NCBI GenBank assembly: GCA_012295275.1
Contig: CM022675.1
Coordinates: forward strand, 3,658,001 to 3,722,000
Source: Chrysomallon squamiferum
Lineage: Eukaryota > Animalia > Mollusca
Direction: 5' to 3'
DNA length: 64,000 nucleotides
Part shown: positions 62,771 through 64,000 of the stretch, piece after piece
Layout: every line of letters begins with the position of its first letter
How positions within the stretch are numbered: position 1 is the first letter of the stretch
Translations under genes and position numbers: made by a program
Notes under the pieces: generated by a model
The model's database searches: none
The model's input: the letters and a program-made list of their open reading frames with translations, nothing else
Told to the model about the DNA's origin: nothing

Positions 62771-63713
62771 GGAGAAAATAATCTAATTATAAACTAGTAA
62801 TCATAGCTTCAATAATGATGTAAAATGTTTACAAGTAGAACTAAGCAAGTTCAGAATAAGAAGATGATGAAAATGTTATTTGGGATACAACAAGAAAGAA
62901 TTTAAATTAAATACATTTATTCATGAAAATATTGTAAAATATTTATACAAGGAACACATGTAATAAACAATTTCTTAACAGAGCATTATTCTGAAATATT
63001 TAAATATATGAAAGAGAAAAAATAGATTCTCTGAAAAATGTAAATATGTATATAAAACATTTAGTATAAAAATATTTAACAAGGATCAACAGAATTTTTT
63101 TATTTTATGATTATTATATTTTTTTAAATAATGGAAACTATTCATTTTTTAGAAATACATTTGGTTCTGCAAACAAAAGCTTGATCTTATGAAATTTATT
63201 TCCAGTTTTTTTTGTGTGTGTTATTTAAAACCTAGATTCTAGACAATCTTTAATACTTAAAAAAAAAAAAAAAAAAAAGCTTAAAATCCATGTAAAACAA
63301 AATAACATTTTTGAAATCCAAAGTATGTCTCATCTAAGGCAAAAATGTACTATGTACAATAAACATTAAAGCAAAAAAAAAAAAAAAAAAAAAGATTTTG
63401 AAATTTATACAAATTTTCTCAAAAATATTTGTGTCTGGTCATATTAAAAATCTATAACAAAGATTGGTTGTTTAGAGCCAAACTTTGAATTATACAAACA
63501 TTTACACTATGTGTATCACAGACCTTCTTTAATGGTACCATAAATGTTTTTAAAAACCCCAAAATAAATGTACGTTGGGTGTTTAATGAATATATTAACA
63601 TAAATTATTAACTTAATGAGTAGACAAATAGTGGAATGTTCTACATCTATGGAGAACTGGTATAAAAATATCTTCTATTACAAAATAAATAAATGGAAAA
63701 GGTTAATTTAAAT

Positions 63714-64000
63714 CAGGGGTGGGCATTTTGGCCCGCGAAGGTTTATTGTTTGGCCCGCCAAAGTGTTCACAGTTAACATTGTCATCCAGCTTGTGAGCAG
63801 CAAAATAAGTCAGTGAAATAAAAGTCAGTTGACACAACTATTTTTTTATTCAAGTCACATTCAAGAAGTCGAAGGTGCTAATTGAATCAATAGTGACAGC
63901 ATCCAAATTTTAAATGACTGCTTGTTTCACTCAATTCAAAATACGCAAACTCTGTGACATTCTTCATTTGTCCACATCAATTAACCCTGACACTGAATCA
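63714..64000 (+). mobile_element. Left end of a hAT-type element (right end not in window)
   Basis: CAGGGGTGGGCA followed by two GGCCCGC subterminal motifs, related to the ends of the 14564 MITE. It is preceded by palindromic ATTTAAAT (candidate 8-bp TSD). Confidence 0.6.

Overview
AT-rich, microsatellite-dense metazoan genomic DNA, probably a mollusc (gastropod). That taxon guess rests only on recalled repeat families and is inference. Three protein-coding genes can be reconstructed by hand. (1) An intronless HEXIM on the minus strand (20939-21778, 279 aa). (2) LZTFL1/BBS17 on the minus strand (10 coding exons, 30827-39014, 299 aa). (3) eIF4B on the plus strand (16 coding exons, 39705-57281, 647 aa), head-to-head with LZTFL1 across about 690 bp. 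The first ~19 kb has no recognisable CDS, only microsatellites, MITE/SINE relics and motif clusters. The most striking unexplained structure is that many introns of both spliced genes carry unrelated tandem arrays anchored on a splice site. In the clearest cases the repeat unit copies the acceptor or donor itself, producing rows of decoy sites that are mostly poison and, in eIF4B introns 3 and 7, more diverged further from the exon. Other leads are an overlapping uORF behind a TATA+Inr promoter on HEXIM, two ~22-bp-phased arrays of RFX X-box-like motifs, and a stop-free in-frame intronic extension of the eIF4B DRYG exon.
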